DNA of 64,000 nucleotides from Nitrospirota bacterium (GTDB lineage Bacteria > Nitrospirota > UBA9217), in contig CAWFSF010000002.1 of assembly GCA_963818475.1 (NCBI GenBank), forward strand, positions 224,001 through 288,000. The letters are read 5' to 3'. How positions within the stretch are numbered: the first letter of the stretch is position 1; each line of letters opens with the position of its first letter. Position numbers and translations under genes: made by a program. Below, one piece after another: positions 34,659-45,936 of the stretch. The notes beneath the pieces are model-generated. The model saw only the letters and a program-made list of their open reading frames with translations, made no database searches and was not told the origin of the DNA.

Positions 34659-36893
34659 TTACATGGTCCTAAACGGATTCGGTCCGATCTCTCTGATCCT
34701 GGTAGCAAACTCATTGAGCATGTCAGGCAGTTTATCATACTCGTTGATGGCCACCTGCATAAGCTGGACGCGCTCGGATTCAAGCTGCAGCCGGTTCAGG
34801 GTCTCGCTGACCTTGCTGAAACGGGTGTTCGCGAGCTCGCTCCCCTTGACGAAGTGGCACTGATAGTTCTCCCCGTACCTGCAACCGAGAAGCAGCATAC
34901 CGTCTGCGCCCTTGGACAGCGCGTCGGCAACCCACACCAGGTTCATGCCGCCCAGGCACCGCATGGAAATGAACCGGAATGCCGGGTCGATCTTCTTGCC
35001 GGCAATAGCCGCCGTGTCGAGCGCCGGGTAGGAGTCGTTCTCGCAGACCAGGCAGATGATTGTCGGCTTGTCCTCATCATCGGAGTATTCCACCGCCTTG
35101 AGCATGGAACCCACGATGTCGACGCTGTAGTCCTTGAAGGACACGATGCGCTCGGGGCAGGCGCCCATGCAGGTGCCGCAGCGGCGGCAACGGTTGATGT
35201 TGTAGTTGGGAATGCCCTTCTCGTCCTCGTCGATGGCGCCGAAGGGGCATTCTTCCGTGCACCGCTTGCAGGCCGTGCACTTGATCAAAAGCGGGTCGGG
35301 ATAGGTCGTGTCCCAGGCGCGCGGATGGACCGCTACGCCGCGGGAAACATGGTCGATGGCCTGTATCGCCTTGAAAGCCGCGCCGGCGCCGTCTTCCATG
35401 GCTTCGGCCATGTTCATGGGCTGGTGCACGCCTCCAGCAGCGTAGATGCCGGTCCTGCGGGTCTCGTACTGGAAGCAGATGAAGTTCGAATCGGCAAAGC
35501 CTGACGCCCCTTCGAGGGTCGGGATCTCAGGACCCTGGCGGTAGCCGAGGTTCAGGATATAGTCCGGCTTGGCGGTCTGCTCGAGGTAGTTCTTCTTAGA
35601 TTCATCGCCGCCGCCTGCAGCCTTGGTCAGGCCGTCGGCGTAATCCTGCGGTGCCTTCGAGGTCGGCACCATGCCGGTGGCAAGAACCACGAGATCGGCC
35701 TCCACCTTCACTTTTTCGCCCGTCTTGGTGCCGAAAAGGGTGTTCTCCATCTCGACGAACATGTTGCCGTTGCCGGCATCGGAAACGCCGGTCACATCCG
35801 CCTTCGTGAGCATCACGCCCGGATTGTTCTGGGCCTCTTTGTAGTAGAGCTCGGTCCTGCCCGGGGTCCGGATGTCCTTGTAGAAGATCATGGCAAGCGC
35901 GTCTTCGTTCTGGCGCACATACTGGGACTGCTTGAGCGAGGTGGCGCAGCACATGGACGAGCAATAGGGAAGATGGTTCGGGTCGCGCTGCCCTGCGCAC
36001 TGGACAAAGGCGACCTTCAGGGCGGGCTTGCCGTCTGACGGACGGAGCAGCTTGCCGTTGTTCTTTTTTGCGATCTCTTCGAGCTCGAAGTTCGTGACCA
36101 CGTTCTTCATCTTGCCGTAGCCGAGGTAGTCGAGCTTGTTCGCATCGTAGGGCTTCCAGCCGGAAGCCATGACAATGGCGCCGATCTTCACGGTCTCGCC
36201 GTTCGAGAGCGTCACGTTGTACAGGCCCGGCTGACCGTCGGTCTTGGACACGGTCGTGGACTTGTATACCTTGATGTTCGCGTTGTTCTCGACCTCGGCG
36301 ACGGTCTTGTTGATATCGGTGTCCACAATGAGCGGCTTGTTGATATAGGACCCCGTGGGGATCTTCTTGTAGAGCTTGTTCACGAAACCGCCGAGCTGGG
36401 CGTCCTTCTCGACAAGCACCACCTGCTGGCCGGCGCCTGCTGCCGAGAGCGCCGCGGTCATGCCGGCAATACCGCCGCCGATCACCAGGATCGTGCTGGT
36501 CAGATCAGGAAGGATGTTGGGCTCAGCAAGATCGGACTTCTGGGTCTTGACAATGCCCATGGTGAGGTAATCGTAGGCTGCATCGTTCGTCTCATCCGTA
36601 TTCGGCTCCATGGTCCAGGCAACGAACTCGCGGATGTTGACCCGCTCCACCAGCGCGCCGGGAAACGTGAACTCGGCGGCCTTCGCGCGGGGCGAGCAGG
36701 CGGCGATGATGATCGTATTGATGCCGTCCTTCGCCATATCGTCCTTGATCAGCTGGACGCCTTCAGGGCTGCACAGGGCATCGTGCATCTTGAAATTCTG
36801 TACTTTCTTGGCTGCGCCGGAGAGCTTGTCAACGTCCAGAGCCTCCTTGATGCCGCATCCTTTGCAGATATATACGCAGTATTTCTTCTCCAT
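34659..36893 (-). CDS. qmoB: QmoB (HdrA-like FAD/Fe-S protein with MvhD-like C-terminus)
   Basis: GGGIAGM, VQCAGQRD..CSSMCC, two 4Fe-4S motifs, RCLG..GADG..GC..CHF. Confidence 0.93.
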   Translation of the reverse strand: MEKKYCVYICKGCGIKEALDVDKLSGAAKKVQNFKMHDALCSPEGVQLIKDDMAKDGINTIIIAACSPRAKAAEFTFPGALVERVNIREFVAWTMEPNTDETNDAAYDYLTMGIVKTQKSDLAEPNILPDLTSTILVIGGGIAGMTAALSAAGAGQQVVLVEKDAQLGGFVNKLYKKIPTGSYINKPLIVDTDINKTVAEVENNANIKVYKSTTVSKTDGQPGLYNVTLSNGETVKIGAIVMASGWKPYDANKLDYLGYGKMKNVVTNFELEEIAKKNNGKLLRPSDGKPALKVAFVQCAGQRDPNHLPYCSSMCCATSLKQSQYVRQNEDALAMIFYKDIRTPGRTELYYKEAQNNPGVMLTKADVTGVSDAGNGNMFVEMENTLFGTKTGEKVKVEADLVVLATGMVPTSKAPQDYADGLTKAAGGGDESKKNYLEQTAKPDYILNLGYRQGPEIPTLEGASGFADSNFICFQYETRRTGIYAAGGVHQPMNMAEAMEDGAGAAFKAIQAIDHVSRGVAVHPRAWDTTYPDPLLIKCTACKRCTEECPFGAIDEDEKGIPNYNINRCRRCGTCMGACPERIVSFKDYSVDIVGSMLKAVEYSDDEDKPTIICLVCENDSYPALDTAAIAGKKIDPAFRFISMRCLGGMNLVWVADALSKGADGMLLLGCRYGENYQCHFVKGSELANTRFSKVSETLNRLQLESERVQLMQVAINEYDKLPDMLNEFATRIREIGPNPFRTM

Positions 36894-36895
36894 CC

Positions 36896-38146
36896 CTATT
36901 TCCTCCTCAAGCTCTGGATGCTCTTCATGACCACACCCGTTGCATCCTGCGCGGACCGCGCCACATCAACGGGCGTCTTGAGCGTCCCGGTCGCGTAGAT
37001 GCCCTTCGGGAGCGCCGCCTGGTCCACGAATCCGTCGTCGGTCATTGCAACGCCGGCGTTCTTCAGCGATGCCGCGGTGGGCTGCATGCCGGTGGCAAGC
37101 ACGACCATGTCGAAGGTCTCGGTGATCTTGCTGCCGCCGTGAATGTCCTCGGCGGTGACCTTCACGTCGCCGTTCGGTGCCTGCTCGACTTTGGCGACCT
37201 TGCCCTTGAGGAAGGACACGTTCTGATCTTCCTTGATCTTGGTGTAGAACCGGTTCTCGTAGAGTCCGGGGGTGCGGATATCGATGTAGAAGATCTTCAC
37301 CTTGGCATCAGGATAGAGCTCCCTGACATAGGATGCCTGCTTAAGCGAGGCCAGGCAGCAGATGTAGGAGCAATGGGCCAGATGGTTCTCGTCACGCGAA
37401 CCGGCGCACTGTACAAAGGCGACGTTCTTGACCTCTTTGCCGTCGGAGGGACGCACGATCTTGCCCGACGTCGGTCCGTTCGGCGCGGCGAGACGCTCCA
37501 TCATCATGTTGGTGATCACGTTCTGGACCGTGCCGAAGCCGAGGTTGTCCATCTTCGTGGCATCATAGGGATTCCAGCCGGTCGCCATGACCACGGCGCC
37601 GACCTTCACGGTGATGGTCTCAGACTTCATGTCGAGGTGGATCGCGTCGTACTTGCAGGCCTCTGCGCATTTGTTGCAGGCAGCACCCTTGCAGACTTTG
37701 CTGTCGATCACATACTGGAGCGGAAAGGCCTGGTTATGCGGAAGGTAGGCTGCCTTGGTCTTGCTCATGCCGAAATCAAAGTCGTTCGACCGCTCGATCT
37801 CGCACGCTTCCGCGCACTTGTTGCAGCCCGTGCACTTTTCGTTCACGAACCGGGGCTGCGTCTTGATGGTGACCTCGAAGTTCCCCTCGCTGCCGGAGAT
37901 CTTCTCCACTTCAGCCATCGTATAGATCTTGACCTGGCCGTTGTTCTTGATCCGTTTGTACTGGATCTCGAGACCGCAGTTCGGGGGGCACATCTTCCAG
38001 AAATACTTGTTCAGCTGCGTCACCCGGCCGCCGAGGTAGGGGTTCTTCTCAACGATGATGACATCGGAGCCCGCTTCCGCGGCTTCCACTGCCGCCGTGA
38101 GGCCGCTGAAGCCTCCGCCGACAACCAAAATCTTATTTTCCGCCAT
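36896..38146 (-). CDS. qmoA: QmoA (HdrA-like flavoprotein)
   Basis: VGGGFSG, KMCPPNCGLE, VQCAGSRDENHL.HCS.ICCLASLKQ. Confidence 0.93.
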   Translation of the reverse strand: MAENKILVVGGGFSGLTAAVEAAEAGSDVIIVEKNPYLGGRVTQLNKYFWKMCPPNCGLEIQYKRIKNNGQVKIYTMAEVEKISGSEGNFEVTIKTQPRFVNEKCTGCNKCAEACEIERSNDFDFGMSKTKAAYLPHNQAFPLQYVIDSKVCKGAACNKCAEACKYDAIHLDMKSETITVKVGAVVMATGWNPYDATKMDNLGFGTVQNVITNMMMERLAAPNGPTSGKIVRPSDGKEVKNVAFVQCAGSRDENHLAHCSYICCLASLKQASYVRELYPDAKVKIFYIDIRTPGLYENRFYTKIKEDQNVSFLKGKVAKVEQAPNGDVKVTAEDIHGGSKITETFDMVVLATGMQPTAASLKNAGVAMTDDGFVDQAALPKGIYATGTLKTPVDVARSAQDATGVVMKSIQSLRRK

Positions 38147-38270
38147 GATATACACTTCCTCCTTAAGGCAGTAACCACTTCGCGCTTGTAAACTGAAAAT
38201 TGGAAATTTTAAAAGTTAGACCGACAGGAGTGGACCACGTTGTATTTAAAATTTACAATCTACAGGTTAC

Positions 38271-38307
38271 AAGAAAATCTCCGGGAAGGGCAAAGCCCTC
38301 CCCGGAG
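38271..38307 (-). terminator. Strong hairpin after aprA (terminator or mRNA stabiliser)
   Basis: ctccggggagggc-ttt-gcccttcccggag followed by attttctt. Confidence 0.6.
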
Positions 38308-38319
38308 GTGTGAGTGTTC

Positions 38320-40362
38320 TTAGTGTTTTACAGGAGCTGCATCTTCAACCAGCTGAGCGTAGGCGACCTTCTTCACTTCCCACTTGTCAGTCGCAAGGTC
38401 GTACTTCGAGTTCACGAAGCACTTCCAGTTGGTGTCGTCCACCAGGTCGAAGTCGCCGCGATAGTAGTAGCCCGGATACCGGGACTCCTCACGGAACAGG
38501 ATGTGCCGTGCATGGGCCTCCACGGAGAGGATGCGGTGATAGTTCTCCCAGCAGCGCATCAGCTCGTGCAGGTTGCTTGCTGCCATCTTGGAGGCGTCTT
38601 CCTTCAGAACCTGGAGCTGCCTCAGACCTTCGTCGAGCATGGTCTTGGAGGTCATGTACCAGGTGCCGATGCCGCCAAAGTACTCGTCCGAGATCTTCTG
38701 CAGACGGGTCTGGAGCATCTTCGGCTTGATGTAGTTCGGGTTGATCTCTACAGCCGTGGTGTAGGTCTTGTGCTTCTCGTACACCTCGAAGGGCAGATAG
38801 AGCTCGGCGGCCAGATGGTCCTCCGTCTCCTTGATCGTCGGGGTGTAGTTCGGGTTGTCGAGCATGAACGCGATCGCGCTCTTTGCTGCGATGCGGCCCT
38901 CAGCATGCGAGCCCGAGGAGAACTTGTGGCCTGATGCGCCGCAGATGTCGCCGCACATAAAGAGGCCCTTTACGGTGGACGAGCGGTTGTAGTTGCCGGC
39001 CACCCATTTCTTGTTCCACTCTTCCGGCGCGCCGAGATCATCGGGACCGCAGCACCAGAAGCCTGCACAGCCTGCGTGCGAACCGAGGAGATAAGGCTCG
39101 GTCGGCATGATTTCGGAAGGAACTTTATCCGGCTCGATGTTCTTGGCAGCCCAGAGGCCGGCCTGGCCGATGGCCATATCGAGGAAGTCTTCCCATGCTT
39201 CTGCCTCGAGGTGCTTCACCTTCTTGGCGCCCTCTTTGTCGCCGAGCTTCTCCTTGAAGGTCTTGTTGATCGCTTCCATCGCGTGATGGGTGTTCATGAG
39301 GATCGGGCCTTTGCCGAGCTTCATGTCGCGCATCATGAGGTGGTTGCGGATGGCCGTGCCGAGGTTGTCGACATACTTGCCGTACTTGGCCTTGGCTTCT
39401 GCCAAGTGCTTCAGGATTGACGCAATAGTCTTCACCGAGGCTGTTGGTTGCCTTGGCCTTGAAGAACAGGAACCATGCGCCGACCGGGCCGTAACCGTCC
39501 TTGAAGCGGGCGGGCACGAAGCGGTTCTCCATCATGGTCAGCTCTGCGCCGGCCTGGAGGCCGAGAGCGTAACCGGAGCCGGAGTTCCATACCGGGTACC
39601 AGGCGCGGCCCTGGCCTTCCTGGGTCGACCGGGGACGGAACACGTTCACGGCGCCGCCGGCTGCCAGAACCATGGCTTTTGCCTTGAAGATGTAGATCTT
39701 GTTCTCACGGACGCTGAATCCGGCCGCTGCTGCAACGCGATTCGGCTCCTTGGCATCATTGTAGAGCTTCACGATGAACACGCGCTCGTAGTGGTTGGTC
39801 TTGACGCCGGTTGCTGCACGGTTGGTCTCGAGGGCCTTCTTCGCGGCTTCCGCCACGATGACCTTGTAGGACTCGCCGTTGATCATGATCTGCCACTTGC
39901 CTGAACGGACCGGCTTGCCGCCGTCCTTCAGCATGGTCTTTCCTGCTTCCTTTGCCTGGAAACCGTCGAGAGAGAAGCCGTCATCGCCCATCTTCCAGAT
40001 CGGCAGGCCCCACTCCTCGAAGAGCTGCACGGAATCATCAACGTGACGGCCGAGGTCGTAGATCAGGTCCTCACGGACGATGCCCATGAGGTCGTTCCGT
40101 ACCATCTTTACATAGTCCGCCGGATCATTGTCACCCATGTAGGTGTTGATGGCCGACAGACCCATGGCAACGGCGCCGGACCGGTCGGTCGCGGCCTTGT
40201 CAACCATGGTGATCTTGATCTTCTTGGGGTTTGCCCAGCGGGCGCCTTCAAACGCTGCGCCGCAGCACGCCATACCGCCGCCGATCAGGAGGAGATCGGT
40301 TTCGACCGTCTTCGATCTGCAGGCTTCTTGCAGAACGAAAACGTACAGGTTTCTTTTTCCAT
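38320..40362 (-). CDS. aprA: Adenylylsulfate reductase alpha subunit (frameshifts near 40315 and 39405)
   Basis: RSGAVAMGLSAINTY, WQIMINGESYK, FVPARFKDGYGPVGAW, EPYLLGSH, GHKFSSGS, ESRYPG. Confidence 0.96.
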
Positions 40363-40376
40363 TTATCGTATCCTCC

Positions 40377-40808
40377 TTATTTCTTGATGACCGGCATCGG
40401 CTTCGACGTGGTGAAGTAGCCAGGCTGTTTGAGTTTTGCCATATCCGCTTCAGGCTTGCCCTTGTAGGGGTCGACCGAGCCTTCGGGGGTGGTCCGGATC
40501 GGGAACTTGAAGCGCTTCAGGATCCCGTTCCGGAACTTGATGGTCCACATGATGGAATCCGTACCCCGCATCGGGATCACGTTCGCGCCCAGGGGGGCGA
40601 AATCCTGGTAGGCCCGGATCTCGATCGCCTGCTGCGGGCAGATCTTGACGCAGTTGTAGCACTCCCAGCACTGCTCCGGCTCCTGGTTGTAGGCCTTCAT
40701 GAGGTCCCTGTTCAGGGCCATGAGGTCGTTCGGGCAGATATACTGGCAAGCAGTCTTATCTTGCGCCTTGCAGCCGTCACACTTCTCGGTAATTACATAA
40801 CTCGGCAT
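40377..40808 (-). CDS. aprB: Adenylylsulfate reductase beta subunit
   Basis: CDGCK..TACQYICPNDLM, CWECYNCVKICP, FKFPIRTTPEG. Confidence 0.97.
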   Translation of the reverse strand: MPSYVITEKCDGCKAQDKTACQYICPNDLMALNRDLMKAYNQEPEQCWECYNCVKICPQQAIEIRAYQDFAPLGANVIPMRGTDSIMWTIKFRNGILKRFKFPIRTTPEGSVDPYKGKPEADMAKLKQPGYFTTSKPMPVIKK

Positions 40809-40875
40809 GTTATTACTTCCTCCTATCTATGGAATGTAGTTAACTGCATCTGCAGTCGTTGAACATCTGGCAACG

Positions 40876-42122
40876 TTACTTATTCTCCGTATGCGTGCCT
40901 TCCGCGTGGCTGTGCATCTTGATCTCCACCTTCGTGGTGAGGCCGGCATAGTACTTCTTGAGGATCTCGAGCACTTCGGGGCGGCTGAAATGATCGGGAA
41001 CGTTCTCGCCCTCGGAGAGCATCTTCCGGAGCTTGGTGCCGGACAGCATGAGCCGGTCTTCCTTGCCGTGGGGGCAGGTCCTCATGGAGGCCATGCCGTC
41101 GCACTTGAAGCAATAGAAGGTGTGGTCGATCTTGAGGGGCTGGGTCTCGAGCGCGCCCTTCGGGATCTCGTCGAAGATCTTCTGCGCATCGAACGGGCCG
41201 TAGTAGTCGCCCACGCCGGCATGGTCGCGGCCGACGATCAGGTGGCTGCAGCCGAAGTTCTGGCGGAAGAGCGCGTGGAGCAGTGCTTCACGCGGACCGG
41301 CATAGCGCATTTCCATGGGATAGCCGCACTGGATGGAAGAGTCCTTCACAAAGTACTTGTCCATGAGGGTGTTGATGGCGTCGGCGCGAACATCGGCCGG
41401 GATATCGCCTTCCTTGAGCTTGCCCAGGATCTGGTGGATCAGAACGCCGTCCATGGTCTCGATGGCGATCTTGGCGAGGTACTCGTGGGAGCGGTGCATG
41501 GGGTTCCGGGTCTGGAATGCCGCGATCGTGCTCCAGCCCTTGTCCTCGAACATCTTGCGGGTCTGCTTCGGGCGTCATGTAGATGCCCTTGAAGGTCTCG
41601 GGGAAATGGGCCTCGGAGAGGACCTTTACCGGACCGGCCAGGTTCACGTCAGGCTGGCCCATGACCTTCTGCACGCCCGGATGACCGGCAACGTCATTGG
41701 TGCGGAAGATCATCTTGCACTCATGTTCCTTGTCGGACTTGGACATGGCGTACTTCTCGGTCACCTTCATGGTGGCCATGATCGTGCCCGACTCTTCGTC
41801 AACCAGGCGTGATCTCTTCGTTCTTCTTGAGCGAATTGGCGAACTCCGGCGTGGCCGAGAGCGTCACCGGGACCGGCCAGAACGTGCCGTCGGCCAGCTT
41901 GAACTTGTCGCTGCAAACGCCCTTCCAGTCCTTCTTGTTCATGAAGCCCGTGAGCGGGGTGAATGCGCCGATGCCCATCATCACGAGGTCTGCGGTCTCG
42001 CGCGAGGAGATCTTGAGCTGCTTCAGGGTCTTGGCCTTCTTGAGCTCTTTCTGAAGGGCCGACCCTTCCAGAAGAAGCGGCATGAGCTTCTTCTTTTTGC
42101 CGTGCGGCTTTACCAGTGCCAT
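40876..42122 (-). CDS. sat: Sulfate adenylyltransferase (frameshifts near 41810 and 41565)
   Basis: [47 protein letters not shown]. Confidence 0.96.
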
Positions 42123-42197
42123 AACTAGTTCCTCCTTAAAAGAATTGTAAAGATATATTCCACTGTGGCTGGAGGCCACAACTCTGTCCGCCTCTGC

Positions 42198-42845
42198 TTA
42201 ACCGAGAACGGCCGTCACCTTATTGAAGATGTCGTTGATGCTGCCGACACCCATGACGGTCTTCATGATGTTCTTCTTGGAGTAGTAATCGATGAGCGGC
42301 GCGGTCTGCTGCGTGTATACTTCGAGCCGCTTCTTGATGGTCGCTTCCTTGTCGTCGTCGCGCTGGAACAGCACTCCGCCGCACTTGTCGCAGGTTCCTT
42401 CTTTTTTGGGGGCGGAGAAATAGATATTGTACATCTGCTGGCAGCTTTTGCAGGTCCGGCGGCCGGTGAGCCGCTTCAGGAGGTCGTTCATATCAACGTC
42501 GATATTGAGGGCAATGGTAAGGGGCATGCCCATGCTGGAAAGGATCTTGTCGAGGGCCTCGGCCTGGGCCGTGTTGCGCGGGAAGCCGTCGAGGATGAAT
42601 CCGGCCTTGCAGTCAGGCTGCTTGATGCGCTCTTCAACCAGGCCGAGCACGATCTTGTCGGAAACGAGTCCGCCCGAGTCCATGATCACCTTGGCCTCTT
42701 TGCCGAGCGGCGTGCCGTCGGCAACTGCCTTGCGGAGAATATCGCCCGTTGAGATCTGCGGGATCTTGTACTTGTCGATCAGCATCTTTGCCTGCGTGCC
42801 TTTACCAGCACCAGGAGCACCGAGCAGCACAATCCTTTTAGCCAT
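42198..42845 (-). CDS. adk: Adenylate kinase
   Basis: GAPGAGKGTQA, ISTGDILR, LDGFPR, zinc-lid CxxC...CxxC. Confidence 0.97.
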   Translation of the reverse strand: MAKRIVLLGAPGAGKGTQAKMLIDKYKIPQISTGDILRKAVADGTPLGKEAKVIMDSGGLVSDKIVLGLVEERIKQPDCKAGFILDGFPRNTAQAEALDKILSSMGMPLTIALNIDVDMNDLLKRLTGRRTCKSCQQMYNIYFSAPKKEGTCDKCGGVLFQRDDDKEATIKKRLEVYTQQTAPLIDYYSKKNIMKTVMGVGSINDIFNKVTAVLG

Positions 42846-42953
42846 CGTGGTGAATCCTCCGTTAAGATTATTTTACAGAGATAGAGAGAAGGTGTAAAGG
42901 CGCAATAAATCCTTCGCGACGTTTTAACCGGCCTATAATCGTTGAAATCGAGT

Positions 42954-42988
42954 TAATATTCAAGTTAAAAATTATAATTTGAATATTA
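42954..42988. promoter_or_regulatory. Perfect 10-15-10 inverted repeat upstream of adk-sat-apr-qmo
   Basis: taatattcaa(42954)...ttgaatatta(42979). Confidence 0.45.
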
Positions 42989-42995
42989 GTTTTGT

Positions 42996-43598
42996 TTATA
43001 AATGAGTCTGCCCATGAAGAAATTCTGCCAGTTTTTCAAGCGCTTTGCCCCTATGGCTAAGCGTATCCTTCTCTTTTCCGGTCATCTCGGCAAAGGTCTT
43101 GTCAAATCCCTGGGGCAGAAACACCGGATCGTAGCCGAATCCGGTATTCCCCTTAGGTTCCAGACCGATACGACCTTTCGCATAGCCAAAAAAGGTCTTC
43201 ACCTTGCCGTCGGGGAAGGCCAGCGCCATGCAGCAGACAAATTGGGCGCCCCGCTTCTCCTCAGGCACATCCTTGAGCTCCTGGAGCAGTTTTTCGTAAT
43301 TTCTTACATCGTTCCCGCTGCCGGTACCGCCCGCATACCGGGCAGAATAGACGCCCGGTGCGCCTTCGAGAGCATCCACCTCAAGGCCCGAATCGTCCGC
43401 CAGAGAAGGCTTGCCCGTGCAGGTGCAGACCTCGACCGCCTTTTTGATCGCATTTCCTTCAAAGGTTTCCTGATCCTCCACGGTTTCCGGACAAGCAGGA
43501 AAATCATCGAGCGAAAGGATCGTGATCGGCAGATCGGCCGTGATCCGCCTGATCTCTTCGACCTTTTTTTTATTTCTCGTGGCGAGAACGATTTCCAT
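42996..43598 (-). CDS. rdgB: XTP/dITP diphosphatase
   Basis: [38 protein letters not shown]. Confidence 0.95.
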   Translation of the reverse strand: MEIVLATRNKKKVEEIRRITADLPITILSLDDFPACPETVEDQETFEGNAIKKAVEVCTCTGKPSLADDSGLEVDALEGAPGVYSARYAGGTGSGNDVRNYEKLLQELKDVPEEKRGAQFVCCMALAFPDGKVKTFFGYAKGRIGLEPKGNTGFGYDPVFLPQGFDKTFAEMTGKEKDTLSHRGKALEKLAEFLHGQTHL

Positions 43599-43972
43599 TT
43601 ACTTAGTTTACCCTCCCTTGGCGAAGAAAAGCCTCTGCCTCCGGCGCCGAAACGAGCGGCCACCCTATCATAAAAGACCGGACTTTGCAACCAGAGGATG
43701 CGCATATATCGGGTATGCGGAGAGCCTGAAATTCAGTGCGCGCAGAGGATGCACAAGAGATGTGCCGCATAAAACGGGTTTTTTCGGGTGGTGATTCTCT
43801 TCGTTTAATAGGGTCTCATGCAAATTTTTCATCGACATTGCTAAATGTTCGCTGGACGTTTCCATGCCCATATGCTTTTTTCAAGGTAGGTGCTTCGCGT
43901 TGTTCGCAACAACGGGCTTCAGGACCTCGATGTGAAAAGTGCGCACTGCTGTGAAAATAATATAATAATATA

Positions 43973-44001
43973 TTGACAAGCCTTTTTTTCTGCGGTATAT
44001 T
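43973..44001 (+). promoter_or_regulatory. Sigma70 promoter upstream of rho
   Basis: TTGACA-17 nt-TATATT with AT-rich upstream element. Confidence 0.7.
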
Positions 44002-44321
44002 CTGATCATTCAAGAGATTCCTGATACCTAATCAAACACCCCAGTTATTACCTAATCCAGCATAATAACCAGGAATACATCTTCTACCGTCATGTTCTTT
44101 CTATAACGCAGCAAAGCAGAAAGGTCGTACATCCTTCTTTAGATAACTCACGAGCAGACTGAGTCGTTAGCTTACAAACCTCTCATCCTCATCTCGCACT
44201 TTGATGGAATATGCTCGCCTGCTGACATCACAACTACCGCAATGAAAAAACCTGATCATCCTACCATCTCTAGGAACCATGCCTCATCTGCCCAACAAAC
44301 CACGGGCCAAGGAGCAACCAC

Positions 44322-45571
44322 ATGAATTTAGTAGAACTAAAAGGCAAGGAGCATCGCCGAGCTTACCGCCATGGCGGACGAGCTGAAGATCGAAGGCGTC
44401 AGCGGCTTGCGCAAGCAGGAGCTGATCTTCGCCATCCTGCAGGCCCAGACCGAAAAGAACGGCATGATCTTCGGCGAGGGCGTGCTCGAGATCCTTCCGG
44501 ACGGCTTCGGCTTCCTCCGGGCGCCGGATTACAACTATCTGCCCGGCCCGGACGACATCTACGTATCGCCTTCCCAGATACGCCGGTTCAGCATCCGCAC
44601 CGGCGACACGGTTTCCGGCCAGATCCGGCCGCCCAAGGAAGGCGAACGCTACTTCGCACTGCTCAAGGTTGACGCCATCAACTATGAAGACCCCGAGATA
44701 TCACGGTCCAAGATCCTTTTCGACAACCTGACCCCCTATTATCCTGAAAAAAAGATCAAGCTCGAACATTCACCGACCGACTATACGACCCGCGCCATGG
44801 ACCTCGTTACTCCCATCGGCATGGGCCAGCGCGGCATGATCGTGGCGCCGCCGCGGACCGGCAAGACCATGCTGCTCCAGGCCATTGCCAAGGCCATCCT
44901 GAAGAACCATCCCGACATCAAGCTGATCGTGCTCCTGATCGACGAACGGCCCGAAGAGGTCACGGACTGGGCGCGCCAGGTCAAAGGCCGAGATCATCAG
45001 CTCCACCTTCGACGAACCGCCGCAGCGGCATGTGCAGGTCGCGGACATGGTGAGCGAGCGGGCAAAGCGCCTGGTGGAGCACAAGAAGGACGTGGTGATC
45101 CTGCTCGACAGCATCACCCGCCTTGCCCGGGCGCATAACGCCATCATTCCGGCCTCAGGCAAGGTCCTCTCCGGCGGTCTGGACGCGAATGCGCTCCAGC
45201 GGCCGAAACGGTTCTTCGGCGCCGCCCGCAGCATCGAGAACGGCGGCAGCCTCACGATCCTCGCAACAGCGCTCGTGGACACCGGCAGCCGCATGGACGA
45301 CGTGATCTTCGAAGAATTCAAGGGCACCGGCAACATGGAACTCCACCTCGACCGGAAGCTCGTGGACAAGCGCGTGTTCCCGGCCATCGACATCAACGCC
45401 TCCGGCACCCGCAAAGAAGAGCTGCTCGTGGACAAGGACGACCTGAACCGCATGTGGGTGCTCCGCAAGGTCCTGAACCCCCTGTCCACCGTGGAAAGCA
45501 TGGAGTTCCTGCTGGACAAGCTGAAACAGAACAAAACAAACAGGGATTTCCTGGATTCCATGAACAAGTAG
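44322..45571 (+). CDS. rho: Transcription termination factor Rho (frameshifts near 44350 and 44985)
   Basis: [48 protein letters not shown]. Confidence 0.97.
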
Positions 45572-45578
45572 ATTTTAC

Positions 45579-45624
45579 TTGAAATTCCGTGGTGATTAGT
45601 ATATTATTCCCGCTCTCATCAGCG
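45579..45624 (+). promoter_or_regulatory. rpmE promoter and 5' leader hairpin
   Basis: TTGAAA-17 nt-TATTAT; ccgctctc-atcagc-gagggcgg hairpin. Confidence 0.45.
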
Positions 45625-45673
45625 AGGGCGGTAGTTTTTTGGCTTTCGCAGTCATTCTCAGGAGGATCAGGTC

Positions 45674-45871
45674 ATGAAAGAAGGCATTCATCCCGACTAC
45701 AAGGTGGCAACAGTCAGCTGCGCCTGCGGGGAAAAGTTCACCACCAAGTCGACGAAAGAGACGCTCCGGCTTGACATCTGCTCGGTCTGCCATCCGTTCT
45801 TCACCGGCAAGCAGAAGCTGATCGACACGGAAGGCCGCGTCGACAAGTTCCGGAAAAAATACGCCAAATAG
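45674..45871 (+). CDS. rpmE: 50S ribosomal protein L31 (zinc-binding type)
   Basis: [32 protein letters not shown]. Confidence 0.97.
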   Translation: MKEGIHPDYKVATVSCACGEKFTTKSTKETLRLDICSVCHPFFTGKQKLIDTEGRVDKFRKKYAK

Positions 45872-45936
45872 CATCGCCACCGGCGGCCTTTTGGCCGCCT
45901 TTCTTCTGGAAGAACAAGCCCCGTGAGGTTTCTGCT

